From an uncultured Candidatus Entotheonella sp. (GTDB lineage Bacteria; Tectomicrobia; Entotheonellia; Entotheonellales; Entotheonellaceae), in the NCBI GenBank assembly GCA_965217185.1, contig OZ244252.1, positions 2,720,001-2,784,000 of the forward strand: a DNA stretch of 64,000 bases, read 5' to 3'. The notes beneath the pieces are model-generated. The model did no database searches and had not been told where the DNA came from. It worked only from the letters and a program-made list of their open reading frames with translations. This document shows positions 1 through 10,836 of this stretch, piece by piece (position 1 is the first letter of the stretch; the number at the start of each line of letters is the position of its first letter). The position numbers were made by a program, and so were the translations under genes.

Positions 1-1592
1 AGCCTTGGCGTGTTACCGACGGAATTGCAGAGGACCCGTTTGTGGCCTTTGCTTGGCCGCGGCCTGATTTCAACGGCGCGGCGCATGAGTTTTTGATCGG
101 TCTGCTGTCCACAGCCGCTGCACCAAGGGATGACGAGGAATGGGAGGATTGGTGGCAGAGTCCGCCGGCGCCGGAGACTCTTGAGGAGCGATTTGCGCGA
201 ATCGCTCACGCCTTCGATCTGGACGGCCCCGGCCCACGATTTCTGCAGGACCTTGACCCGCTGGAAAGTGCAGAGGAGAAGGAGATTGCAGCGCTTCTGA
301 TTGACGCCCCAGGCGCACAGACATTGCGTCACAACGCCGACCTTTTTGTTAAGCGAGGCGGCGTGCTGGTTCTGAGCCGTGCCGCAGCAGCGATGGCCCT
401 ATTTACCTTGAATGCTTACGCTCCGTCCGGTGGTGCCGGCCACCGCACATCGTTGCGCGGAGGTGGCCCGATGACGACTTTGATCGTCAATGACCACGCG
501 GCGTACGGTGCAACGCTCTGGGGCCGGATTTGGCCCAACATTGAGAGCAAAAGGCAGATCAGTAGGCGCGTCGTCGAGGCGAAGGACCCCGACGACCTCG
601 GGTCGATCTTTCCCTGGTTCGTTCCCACGCGGACATCCAATTCCAAGGAAGGCGGCAGATTGACGACGCCGTCGGATGTTCACCCCCTTCAGGTCTACTG
701 GGGCATGCCTCGGCGCATTCGGCTCCTGTTTGAAACCGCACGGGGCCGACCTTGCTCTCTCATTGATTCCCAGGATTCCGTCGTCGTGACGTCGTACCGC
801 ACCAGAAACTACGGCATGAACTACTCGGAAGGGTTTGAGCACCCACTGTCGCCGTATTACCAGCAGAAGGCGGGGACTGCGAAATTGCCTGTTCATCCCA
901 GACCTGGTGGCATCAGTTACCGCCTTTGGCCCGGCCTTGTTGTTCCGAGCGGTGACAAGCTTCGGGATCCCGCCCAAGTGCTCCGCCAATGGCCAGAGCG
1001 CGCCACGCGGAGGGTACAAACGCGATTCACCGCGTTTGGCTATGACATGGACAACATGAAGGCACGTGGGTGGCTTGAAAGCGAGATACCTCTCTGGGTT
1101 CTGCCCGACGTGTCGTCACAGGAATGGCTTGAGAAATTTATCGTGCACGCGACGGCGGGCGCCGACGGAGTCTGCCGGCTGCTCACCGGTGCCGTTAAAT
1201 CGGCTCTTTGTAACCGACCTTCCGACGCGAAAGGCAATTACGGCTTCATAGCTGAGCGGTTCTACCGCGAGACGGAAGGGGCATTTTACGCGGCGATGAG
1301 GGATACGGTGACGTCAATCCAAAACGACCCGGATGTCGATGATCCCACAATCAGTGTGCGTGAAAACTGGGCGCCGGCCATGGCCACAGCGGCGCTACGC
1401 TTATTCGACGAATATGCGCCGGCAGATGGATTAGAGGACCGAGACATGCACCGCCATGTCAAAGCGCGGTTCTTCCTGGTACTAGCTTTGGGCGGGCGTG
1501 GCAAGTCCGGACGTACTCTGTTCGAGCGCGACCTCGGCATCGCCTCGCCAGAACCTGCGAGGGCGGGCAAGATCAAGAGGGGGAATGAATGA
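1..1592 (+). CDS. cas8e: Type I-E Cascade large subunit Cas8e/Cse1 (5' partial)
   Basis: Frame open from window edge; motifs WPRPDF, LLIDAPG, APSGGAGHRTSLRGGGPMTTL, YWGMPRR, HPLSPY, FGYDMDNMKAR typical of CasA; first gene of the I-E operon. Confidence 0.95.
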   Translation, partial: PWRVTDGIAEDPFVAFAWPRPDFNGAAHEFLIGLLSTAAAPRDDEEWEDWWQSPPAPETLEERFARIAHAFDLDGPGPRFLQDLDPLESAEEKEIAALLIDAPGAQTLRHNADLFVKRGGVLVLSRAAAAMALFTLNAYAPSGGAGHRTSLRGGGPMTTLIVNDHAAYGATLWGRIWPNIESKRQISRRVVEAKDPDDLGSIFPWFVPTRTSNSKEGGRLTTPSDVHPLQVYWGMPRRIRLLFETARGRPCSLIDSQDSVVVTSYRTRNYGMNYSEGFEHPLSPYYQQKAGTAKLPVHPRPGGISYRLWPGLVVPSGDKLRDPAQVLRQWPERATRRVQTRFTAFGYDMDNMKARGWLESEIPLWVLPDVSSQEWLEKFIVHATAGADGVCRLLTGAVKSALCNRPSDAKGNYGFIAERFYRETEGAFYAAMRDTVTSIQNDPDVDDPTISVRENWAPAMATAALRLFDEYAPADGLEDRDMHRHVKARFFLVLALGGRGKSGRTLFERDLGIASPEPARAGKIKRGNE

Positions 1593-2113
1593 CGGAGTTG
1601 TCACAGTGGAACGGCAACGCCATTGCCGAGGCATGGTGGCGTGAGCTCACGTCACACGACACAGGGGGGCGCGCAACTCGAGGGGCTCGACGAGCGGCGC
1701 TGGCTGGCCTGCGTCGCGCTGGCACGCCGCTTGAGGTCATCCAGGAACCCGAAGCACTCCGACTGACTACAAGGCTTCCCCACGAGAACCCAGACCGGGT
1801 AGCCGCCCTCGCCGGCATTCTGGCGTTTGTCCGAGAATCCGATGATCGTCGAGTTGCCCGCGCTATCGGTCGGACTTCGCTTGATGATGGCGAGTCGGCC
1901 GTCATGTCCGAGAGTCGTTTCCGCCGTTTGATGCAAGTTTCGGGGGATGAGTTAATGGGGGCAATGCGCCGTTTGGTCCGTCTGAGCAAGGGAAAAGCCA
2001 ATGTGGGTGATTTGTCTTTTGCCGTTCTGCGCTGGGGCGACGGCGTGAAGAAACGCTGGATATTCGAGTATTACGGTGTTCACGAGGCCGAACCGTCACG
2101 ACAGGCTCCGTAA
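1589..2113 (+). CDS. cse2: Type I-E small subunit Cas11/Cse2
   Basis: 174 aa between cas8e and cas7 with ATGA overlap; A.LRRA, MSESRFRRL, W..EYY motifs. Confidence 0.92.
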   Translation: MTELSQWNGNAIAEAWWRELTSHDTGGRATRGARRAALAGLRRAGTPLEVIQEPEALRLTTRLPHENPDRVAALAGILAFVRESDDRRVARAIGRTSLDDGESAVMSESRFRRLMQVSGDELMGAMRRLVRLSKGKANVGDLSFAVLRWGDGVKKRWIFEYYGVHEAEPSRQAP

Positions 2114-2159
2114 ATCCCTCCGCCACTTCGCCAATAACCCGACGAAAGGAGCCGGTTAC

Positions 2160-3212
2160 ATGGCTGATTTCCTGCAACTACACCTGCTAACGGCCTACGG
2201 CCCGTCGAATCTCAACCGCGACGATACCGGCCGACCCAAAAGCGTCGTATTCGGCGGTGTGCCTCGTTTGCGTGTGTCGTCGCAAAGTTTGAAACGCGCT
2301 TGGCGCACGTCGGAGATTTTTGCATCCAGGCTTGACGGACATCTTGCGAGCCGTACCCAACGGCTCGGCAAGGACGTGTACGGTCATCTGATCAACAACG
2401 GAGTGCCTGAAGACCAAGCTCTTACCACCGCACGCACGATTGCAGGCATCTTCGGTAAGGTTCGCAAAGAAGGCGATAACGAACCTACCTTTATCGAGCA
2501 ACTTGCTTTTGTCTCGCCCGAGGAGCGGAGCAAAGCGTTTGAACTCGCCGACCGTACCTTGGCTGGGGAAAATGTCGATGGGCTGAAGGCTGACGAACTG
2601 CTTCAGAAGGTGGACACGGCCGCGGATATCGCCATGTTCGGTCGAATGCTGGCTGACGACCCAAAATTCAACCGGGAGGCTGCGGTGCAAGTTGCGCATG
2701 CCGTCACGACACACCGCGCCATCGCCGAGGACGATTACTACACCGCCGTCGACGACCTGAAATCTCGGGATGAACCGGACGACGCCGGAGCCGGCTTTGT
2801 CGGCGTCCAGGAATTCGGGGCGGGGGTTTTCTATCTCTACGTCTGCATCAACCGAGACTTGCTGTCCCAGAATCTCGACCGGAATCGTGCTGTCCGTGAC
2901 GCCAGCCTGGCAGCCCTCTGCGAGGCCGCCTCGACTGTCGCGCCGGGAGGCAAACAGGCGAGTTTCGCGAGCCGTGCCCGTGCCATCTATGTACTCGGGG
3001 AAAAAGGATCGGCTCAGCCCCGAAGTCTTGCGGCCGCTTTCTTGAAACCGGTTACAGGCGACGATCAAGGCAGACATTCTATTGAGAGGCTGGAGAACTT
3101 TCGTGACCGGCTCGACGCAGCCTATGGGCCGTGCGCCGATGAACGCTGCGCAATGAACGTTGCAGCGGGTGAGGGAACATTGCGGGACCTGATCACTTTT
3201 TCCACGAGTTGA
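2160..3212 (+). CDS. cas7: Type I-E backbone subunit Cas7/Cse4
   Basis: FLQLHLLTAYGPSNLNRDDTGRPK, RVSSQSLKRAWR, DIAMFGRM, DYYTAVDD; ATG at 2160 after GGAG. Confidence 0.96.
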   Translation: MADFLQLHLLTAYGPSNLNRDDTGRPKSVVFGGVPRLRVSSQSLKRAWRTSEIFASRLDGHLASRTQRLGKDVYGHLINNGVPEDQALTTARTIAGIFGKVRKEGDNEPTFIEQLAFVSPEERSKAFELADRTLAGENVDGLKADELLQKVDTAADIAMFGRMLADDPKFNREAAVQVAHAVTTHRAIAEDDYYTAVDDLKSRDEPDDAGAGFVGVQEFGAGVFYLYVCINRDLLSQNLDRNRAVRDASLAALCEAASTVAPGGKQASFASRARAIYVLGEKGSAQPRSLAAAFLKPVTGDDQGRHSIERLENFRDRLDAAYGPCADERCAMNVAAGEGTLRDLITFSTS

Positions 3213-3216
3213 CGCC

Positions 3217-3948
3217 ATGCGCTTCCTGTTGTTCACCCTTTACGCTCCGATGGGATCGTTCGGTGAGATTGCCGTCGGCGAACGCCGCATGAGTTGGGCC
3301 CGGCCCGGGCGCTCCGCCGTTCTCGGGCTGGTCGCAGCCGCGCAGGGAATCGAGCGCACGGACGAGGCCGCCCACCGCAAGCTTGAAACGGGTCTTTTTT
3401 ACGCCGTCAGAACGGACGCGCCGGGTCGGCCGCTCATTGATTATCACACCGCTCAGACGCCAAAGGCCCGCAGGGGCCGCACTTTCGCAACGCGGCGGCA
3501 AGAGTTGGAGGCGGACGATCTCAATACCGTGCTTTCCAGTCGGGAATGGCGGGTGGATGCCTGCTTTACCGTGGCTCTGTGGCCGCGCCTTGGCGAGGCT
3601 GTTGACCTCAACGAGATGGCTGGCGCCTTGCAGCATCCGCGCTTCACGCTCTACGTCGGACGCAAGTCGGCGCCGCTGGGTTTGCCCCTCAACCCCGAGA
3701 TTATTGACGCCGAGACCTTCATGGCTGCCTTTCACGCTCGGCAACCGAACGACGAGGAACGAAAGGTTTTGCAGAGCATTCACGTCGCCGGCATGGCAAG
3801 AGGGGAGATCGCTTTCGACCACGACGCGCCCGGCGCCCCTGCGAGCGTGCGTATCGAACGCCGGCGTGATGCGCCGCTCAGCCGCGCCCGCTGGCAATTC
3901 GCGGACCGATTGGAGGCCATCGTCATGCCTGAAAGCGGCCAGGAATGA
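3217..3948 (+). CDS. cas5: Type I-E Cas5/CasD
   Basis: APMGSFGE..R....P.RSAVLGL, DYHT, LY.GRKS motifs. Confidence 0.95.
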   Translation: MRFLLFTLYAPMGSFGEIAVGERRMSWARPGRSAVLGLVAAAQGIERTDEAAHRKLETGLFYAVRTDAPGRPLIDYHTAQTPKARRGRTFATRRQELEADDLNTVLSSREWRVDACFTVALWPRLGEAVDLNEMAGALQHPRFTLYVGRKSAPLGLPLNPEIIDAETFMAAFHARQPNDEERKVLQSIHVAGMARGEIAFDHDAPGAPASVRIERRRDAPLSRARWQFADRLEAIVMPESGQE

Positions 3949-4634
3949 CAACGGAACTCCATTTCTCCCGTGCCCGACTGCGGCGCGACGCCACAGTGCA
4001 GGCGTTATTACCGCTGTTGCAGAGCGGGAATAACGGGAGCCACCATCCGGGCCATCACCTCGTCTGGTCGCTCTTTGCCGACGCTCCTGACCGTCGCCGT
4101 GATTTCCTGTGGCGCGAGATGGAGTCGGGCACCTTCCTGATTCTGTCGGCCCGTCGGCCGGTGGATCATCACCCATTGTTCGATATCGACGCACCAAAAC
4201 CGTTCGCGCCAGTACTTGAGGCGGGAGACCGGCTGCAATTCTCGCTGCGAGCCAATCCGGTAGTTCGCCGTTACGACCCTCGGAGGGGTCGTTCCGTCAA
4301 GCACGACGTGGTGATGGACGCCCTGCGTTCACACCCCGGCGGCGAGCGCACCGATCACCGCTTTGCTGTTATGCGTGAACGGGGCTTTGCATGGCTTGAA
4401 CGGCAAGCCGAAAGAGCCGGTTTCACCGTTCGGACGGACGGAGTGCGCGTGGACGGTTATGAGCAACATCGCGTCACGCGCAAAGGGCCAGCGCCCGCCA
4501 TGTCATTTTCAACGCTGGAGTTCGACGGCTTGCTGACGGTAAACGATCCCGACGTTTTCCTGGCAGCCGTCGCGGACGGCTTTGGTGCAGCCAAAGCTTA
4601 CGGCTGTGGCCTGATGCTCATTCGCCGCGCCTGA
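3945..4634 (+). CDS. cas6e: Type I-E crRNA endoribonuclease Cas6e/Cse3
   Basis: H.LVWSLF, F.LRANP, C-terminal Gly-rich loop GFGAAKAYGCGL. Confidence 0.95.
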   Translation: MTTELHFSRARLRRDATVQALLPLLQSGNNGSHHPGHHLVWSLFADAPDRRRDFLWREMESGTFLILSARRPVDHHPLFDIDAPKPFAPVLEAGDRLQFSLRANPVVRRYDPRRGRSVKHDVVMDALRSHPGGERTDHRFAVMRERGFAWLERQAERAGFTVRTDGVRVDGYEQHRVTRKGPAPAMSFSTLEFDGLLTVNDPDVFLAAVADGFGAAKAYGCGLMLIRRA

Positions 4635-4683
4635 CAGACGAATTGGCGCATGACTTTCTCTTCACTTGGAGGTCCTGACCTTC

Positions 4684-5914
<1,231 letters not shown>

Positions 5915-6027
5915 CCGGCGGATAAGCAAGTTTGGAACCCCTCATCAACGTGCAAAACGTAAGAAGAAAAGCTGGTACACATTTGTTGATCTCGAAAGTC
6001 TTTATTTTTTAGTATCTTGTGAGAAGA
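5915..6027 (+). promoter_or_regulatory. CRISPR leader
   Basis: AT-rich non-coding stretch between cas2 and first repeat (AAAAGCTGGTACATTT...TTTATTTTTTAGTATC). Confidence 0.8.
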
Positions 6028-6239
6028 GTGTTCCCCGCACAGGCGGGGATGAACCGTAGCGGTTCATGCCAATAGGCCCAAGCGCAACGTGTTCCCCGCA
6101 CAGGCGGGGATGAACCGTGGCTGCGCTCTCGGCAGGCAGTAGATGGCGAGTGTTCCCCGCACAGGCGGGGATGAACCGTCGTTGCACGGGCTGAACGACG
6201 CCAGCTTGCCGTGTTCCCCGCACAGGCGGGGATGAACCG
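6028..6239 (+). CRISPR. Type I-E array: 4 identical 29-bp repeats GTGTTCCCCGCACAGGCGGGGATGAACCG and 3 spacers of 32 bp
   Basis: Repeats at 6028-6056, 6089-6117, 6150-6178, 6211-6239 (61-bp period); CCCCGC/GCGGGG hairpin. Confidence 0.98.
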
Positions 6240-6836
6240 TCCCGAGACCAGTTGTCCATATTGTGCGAGGACGAGGTCGCCGAAGAAATGATCCTCGGTG
6301 TTCTGGACGTGCTGAACACCCGCATGGGCCTCCGGCATGAGGACTTCGTTATCGGCAGGAACACCGGGCAGGCGGAGTTTCCGGGCCACATTCGCATGCT
6401 TGGCAAGTTCGGCAAGCTTGAGAGTTTCCTCTTGGTGCTCGACGGGGACGCGCGGGACATGGAAACGCCTATCAAGCGCGCGGCGGACGAGTATGGGCGC
6501 AGCGTGCAACCGTTGTTCCTGCCGGGTAACGAGCCGCCAGAAGGCTGGATATGTCAAACGCTGGGGCGTCGGAGAGACGTGTACGCGCCGCTGCTAGGCC
6601 TGTCGCCACCGGACATGGACCGGAGAATGCGCGACATTGATCAGATGATGGCAGGCATGGTTCGGCAAGGCGATCACTCAAAGGCCGCGCTCGAGGCATT
6701 CGCCGCGGAGTTGAGTCAAACCGTCCCTGGAATTGCCAGAATCGCCGGGCGTCGGGAAACCCAGGACAGCCAGCCCGAGCTTGCCGAGTTCCTCGTCCCA
6801 CTGGGAGAACAGATCAACGCCTGGCGACAATTCTGA
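6240..6836 (+). pseudogene. 5'-truncated gene; TOPRIM-like C-terminal domain resembling that of OLD-like/AAA ATPase-nuclease proteins
   Basis: Frame starts at the last repeat (SRDQLSILCEDEVAEE...LLVLDGD); hydrophobic-E-D and DxD pattern of TOPRIM; no ATG or RBS. Confidence 0.6.
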
Positions 6837-6972
6837 CAGTTACGCTCCTGGACATTGACGTTAAACCTTTCCCCTCGCGCTGTTGTTGCCATGTCTGGAG
6901 GGTGCTACCATGCCGCCCTCAGTGCCCATTTACTCCGCAAATCAACCCTGTCAAAAAGATCATGGAGGCACT

Positions 6973-7284
6973 ATGGCGGACTACGTTTATCTCGTGCAGA
7001 TGGATATTCCGGCGGAGATGGAGGACGAGTTCAACCGGGTGTACGACGAGGAGCACGTGCCCAATATCCTGAAGGCGCCGGGGGTGCACGGCTGCGACCG
7101 GTATCGGCTGGAGTCGAGCAATGCCGAGGGGATGGCCAGGTATGCCGCCGTTTACCACATCGACTCGCCGCAGACGCCGAGCAGCGACGCCTGGCTGGCC
7201 GAGTCGGAGAAGGGCGAGTGGCCGACGAAGATCCGGCCACACACGAGCAACCGGTCACACAGCATCTTCAAGCGTATCGGGTAG
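6973..7284 (+). CDS. EthD/DUF4286-like dimeric alpha-beta barrel protein
   Basis: GGAGG RBS; EDEFNRVYDEEHVPNIL..PG motif. Confidence 0.75.
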   Translation: MADYVYLVQMDIPAEMEDEFNRVYDEEHVPNILKAPGVHGCDRYRLESSNAEGMARYAAVYHIDSPQTPSSDAWLAESEKGEWPTKIRPHTSNRSHSIFKRIG

Positions 7285-7290
7285 CGTCTG

Positions 7291-8148
7291 CTATGGCGCC
7301 AGCGCGGTGAGCATCGCTTTGGCGCTGGCGAGGTCGCCTTGGGGATGGACGGGTTGGAGGCAAACCTGCGTGGCGCCGGCGTCGAAGTGCTCGCGGACGC
7401 GGGCACGGATGGCAGCCTCGCCGCCCCACACAACCATGGCGTTGAGGAAGCGGGCGTTGCCGCCGTCCTCCAGGTCCGACTCGCTGAAGCCGAGGCGCCG
7501 CCAGTTGTTATAGTAGTTGGGCAGCCCCATGTAGCGTGACAGTTCCGTGCGTGCCAGTTCCAGCGCCTTGGCGGGATCGCTCTCCAGGCAGAATTTCTGT
7601 TCCACGGCCAGCCATTTGTCGGGACCGAGAATCGAGCGCGCCTGTGCGGTGTGCTCGGGCGTCACGCTGTAGGGAATGGCGCCTTGGGTCAGTTCGGCAG
7701 CCAGTTCCAGCATGCGCGGCCCCAGCGCCGCGATAACCACCGGCCACGTATCGGCGTCGGGCTGCTCGGCGCGCATCTGTTCGAGGTAGTGGCGCATGGC
7801 GGCCAGCGGTTTGCCGTACGTGTGGCCGCGGAAGCGCTCCACCAGCGGCACGTGCGAAACGCCCAGACCCAGCACGTAGCGGTCATTCGAGACGCGCCCC
7901 AGTGTTTGCAGCCCGTTGCGCGAGGCCACGGCGTCGCGGGCATAGATGTTGGCAATCGAGCTGCCGATTTTCAGCCGCTGCGTATTGGCCAGCAGAAAGC
8001 TCCCGAACGCCATGGACTCGAACCCCATCGCCTCGGAATACCACTGCGTATCGTAGCCCAGCCGCTCCACCGTCGTTACGAAGTCGATCCACTGCGCCGG
8101 TTCCAGCTTGTCGGCGCCGTACCAAACACCCAGCGATCCAGCTTGCAT
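7291..8148 (-). CDS. F420-dependent LLM-class oxidoreductase (MSMEG_4141/TIGR03620-like)
   Basis: IANIYARD, LGLGVSH..LV, AALGPRML, VTPEHT..AR, EH.DAGA..VC.Q. Confidence 0.88.
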   Translation of the reverse strand: MQAGSLGVWYGADKLEPAQWIDFVTTVERLGYDTQWYSEAMGFESMAFGSFLLANTQRLKIGSSIANIYARDAVASRNGLQTLGRVSNDRYVLGLGVSHVPLVERFRGHTYGKPLAAMRHYLEQMRAEQPDADTWPVVIAALGPRMLELAAELTQGAIPYSVTPEHTAQARSILGPDKWLAVEQKFCLESDPAKALELARTELSRYMGLPNYYNNWRRLGFSESDLEDGGNARFLNAMVVWGGEAAIRARVREHFDAGATQVCLQPVHPQGDLASAKAMLTALAP

Positions 8149-8786
8149 TACCCCTCCTCCGGTTCTTCAAATAACTGCCGCAGCGGCAGCACAAACCCCG
8201 GCAGCACCTCAACGCCGGAAAGCTCCTGGTCAATCGTCAAAACGTCATGCCGGTCAGCCGTGTATACGTGGACCTCCTGTGGCTCCGGCAGCACGTACCA
8301 CACGAGCCGCACGCCGGCGGCCAGGAAGTCCTGGAGTTTTCGTTCCATTTCCCGGGTCGTGTTACTCGGACTAATCACCTCTACTGCCAAATCCGGCGCC
8401 AGATCGGCGATCGGCACGCGCGGAACACGACGCCCCGGAAGCTGATTCCACGAGACGAACGAAACGTCGGGGATGCGGACGAGATCCGCTGCCAAACGCA
8501 TCATCCCATCGGCACCCACAACGATGCCCAGGCGATGCCGTTCGACAAACCCGGAGAGAAAATGACCCAGCCGCAAGGCTAGATACGATTCGTAGATGCC
8601 CACCGTTTTCTCCACTAAAACGCCGTCCACCAACTCGCAGAGGCGGGACTCCTGCTCCTCGATATCAATCACGTCCTGTTCGGTGGCGGTGCCCGGCGGC
8701 GGATTCGTACGGATGCGCCCAGCGGGCATCGGGCCAAAGCGTTCCAGCAGATCGGCAACCGTCAAACCCTTAGTCGACACGGCCAT
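8148..8786 (-). CDS. Uma2-family PD-(D/E)xK endonuclease
   Basis: ELVDGVLVEK, R.PDVSFV, PDLAVEVISP, GVRLVW, LPGF motifs. Confidence 0.88.
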   Translation of the reverse strand: MAVSTKGLTVADLLERFGPMPAGRIRTNPPPGTATEQDVIDIEEQESRLCELVDGVLVEKTVGIYESYLALRLGHFLSGFVERHRLGIVVGADGMMRLAADLVRIPDVSFVSWNQLPGRRVPRVPIADLAPDLAVEVISPSNTTREMERKLQDFLAAGVRLVWYVLPEPQEVHVYTADRHDVLTIDQELSGVEVLPGFVLPLRQLFEEPEEG

Positions 8787-8790
8787 GGCG

Positions 8791-9543
8791 TCACTCCTTA
8801 ACCTTGTCCTCGTTCCCCGTGTTTGACAGTGCGTTGGCGCGGTGACCGCCTTGCCAGTCCTCCTGTTCCGGGGCATCGCTGAGGGCGCCCAGCAGACGTA
8901 GTTGCGGCACTTCACGCAGGCTGCGTTTGAGTTCGGCAAAGCCGGGAAACCGCGCCAGGGTGACGACCGCGTTCCATAGCGTCACGGCGTCCGCATCGCT
9001 GGGCACGCGCGAGATCACCGGGCCGAAGAACGACAGCCCGTCGGGCGGCTCGAAGGTGATGATGGGGGTGCCGACGTCGCGCCCGGTGCGGCTGAGCGCC
9101 AGTTCGGTCTCGGCCTCAAGCTCCGCGTCCCAGCCGGTGTCGTCGGCCGCAGCGGCGAACGTCGTGGGCAGCCCGGCCGCTGCCAGGGTGTCGCTGATGT
9201 GGGCTGCGGTGCCCAGCCGCTGGCGCATGCCGGAGCCCTTCTCCTGCTCCCAATAGGCTTGGCCGTACGCTGCGTACAACGGCCCCATCGGCTCGCGGCC
9301 CAACTCGGCGCGCACCTTGGCGGCAACCCGCAGCATGCGCAGTCCGGCGCCGTGAAAATGCTCGTAATCGGGCGGGAAGTCGGTGGCGTAGTCCTTGTGC
9401 TTGTTCAGCAGCCGCAGCGAGATGAAACGCCAATCCACCCGATAACCCGTCTGCGCCGCCACCTTCTCCACCCACCGTGAGGTGATCCACGCGAAGGGGC
9501 ACACCGGATCCCAGAAGAACTCGATATCGTAGCCACCACTCAT
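8791..9543 (-). CDS. DsbA-like thioredoxin-fold protein (Rv2466c-like)
   Basis: FFWDPVCPFAWITSRW, G.DVGTP, FFGPV, F.ELKR. Confidence 0.85.
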   Translation of the reverse strand: MSGGYDIEFFWDPVCPFAWITSRWVEKVAAQTGYRVDWRFISLRLLNKHKDYATDFPPDYEHFHGAGLRMLRVAAKVRAELGREPMGPLYAAYGQAYWEQEKGSGMRQRLGTAAHISDTLAAAGLPTTFAAAADDTGWDAELEAETELALSRTGRDVGTPIITFEPPDGLSFFGPVISRVPSDADAVTLWNAVVTLARFPGFAELKRSLREVPQLRLLGALSDAPEQEDWQGGHRANALSNTGNEDKVKE

Positions 9544-9571
9544 TTTTTGGTTCCTAATGTTTTTGGATAAT

Positions 9572-9602
9572 GTAGGTCAGATTAGCGCAGCGTAATCCGA
9601 CA
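9572..9602 (+). repeat. GTAG-type REP palindrome, copy 1
   Basis: GTAGGTCAGATTAGCGCAGCGTAATCCGACA; near-identical copies at 17967, 24433, 61839. Confidence 0.85.
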
Positions 9603-9762
9603 TTCCCCGACGCGCCAACCAGCGAGACATTATCACCGCACCCGGCGCCCCGCGCAACGGCCCAGGCGCGTGGCTTTGCCTTGTCTTCCGCCCGGCAATC
9701 GTCGATACTCACCCTTAACCTACGTGGGCATTGAGCGGCACGACAACCAGGGGAGACAGGCA

Positions 9763-10818
9763 ATGGCGGCGAATCTCGATCAACAGAAAATGCGCACCTT
9801 TCGGCACACCTTGGCGGGCATCAACAACGGCGGCATGCTCAACCTGATGCTGAAAATCGGCGACGATCTCGGCCTCTTCGACGCCGCCGCCCAAGGCCCG
9901 GCGACCAGCCAGCAACTCGCCGAGCGCGCCGGCCTGCAGGAACGCTACGTGCGCGAATGGCTCGGCGCCATGGTCACCGGCGGCATCTTCGAGTACGACG
10001 CCGACACCCTCACCTACACCCTGCCGCCCGAACACGCCGGCCTGCTCACCGGCATCGACAACGTCACCGCCTTCGCCCATCGCACCGTGCTGTTTACCAA
10101 ACACGTGCAAGGCGTCACCGAAGCCTTCAAGAACGGCGGCGGCGTGCCGTATACCGCCTTTCGGCCCGATTTCACCACCTTCCAGAACCTCGGCAGTCGC
10201 CGCCGGCACGACCGTTTTCTGCTCAGCAATTACCTGTCGGCAGTGCCCGGCCTCACGGAGCGCCTCAGCCGCGGCCTGCGCGCCTGCGACGTTGGTTGCG
10301 GCACCGGCCACGCCGCCAATCTGATGGCGCAAGCCTTCCCGGCCTCCACGTTCGTCGGCTATGACATCGGCCAGGACGCCATCGAAAGCGCCCGCGGCGA
10401 GGCACAGGAAAACGGCCTGAACAACACCAGCTTCGAGGTGCAGGACGTGCGGCACTTCCCGACGGAGCCGAAGTTCGACCTGATTACCGCTTTCGATGCC
10501 ATCCACGACCAGGTCGATCCCAAGGGCGTGCTGAACCAGATCCGCGCCGCCCTGGCCCCCGACGGCACGTTTCTGATGCTCGACATCAAAGCCTCCAGCA
10601 ATCTCGCCGACAACATCGGCATGTCCGTCGCACCGGCGCTCTACTCGGTCAGCGTCATGCACTGCATGACCGTCTCCCTGGCCCACGACGGCGCCGGGCT
10701 CGGCACCGTGTGGGGCGAGCAGCTGGCCCGCCACATGCTCGCCGAGGCGGGCTTCACCCGCGTCGAGGTGGCCGACCCGCACGACCAGATGAACACTGTC
10801 TACGCCTGCTACCCCTAG
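9763..10818 (+). CDS. wHTH + class I SAM methyltransferase (Rv2258c-like)
   Basis: LAERAGLQERYVREWL; DVGCGTG; FDAIHD; S..HCMTVSL..G.GLGT.WG. Confidence 0.88.
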   Translation: MAANLDQQKMRTFRHTLAGINNGGMLNLMLKIGDDLGLFDAAAQGPATSQQLAERAGLQERYVREWLGAMVTGGIFEYDADTLTYTLPPEHAGLLTGIDNVTAFAHRTVLFTKHVQGVTEAFKNGGGVPYTAFRPDFTTFQNLGSRRRHDRFLLSNYLSAVPGLTERLSRGLRACDVGCGTGHAANLMAQAFPASTFVGYDIGQDAIESARGEAQENGLNNTSFEVQDVRHFPTEPKFDLITAFDAIHDQVDPKGVLNQIRAALAPDGTFLMLDIKASSNLADNIGMSVAPALYSVSVMHCMTVSLAHDGAGLGTVWGEQLARHMLAEAGFTRVEVADPHDQMNTVYACYP

Positions 10819-10836
10819 CCCAACCGCCCGACTCGC

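Noticed and set aside
6057..6210. Spacers 1-3 targeting this window
   Set aside because: No match noticed by eye; a BLAST search is needed to exclude it
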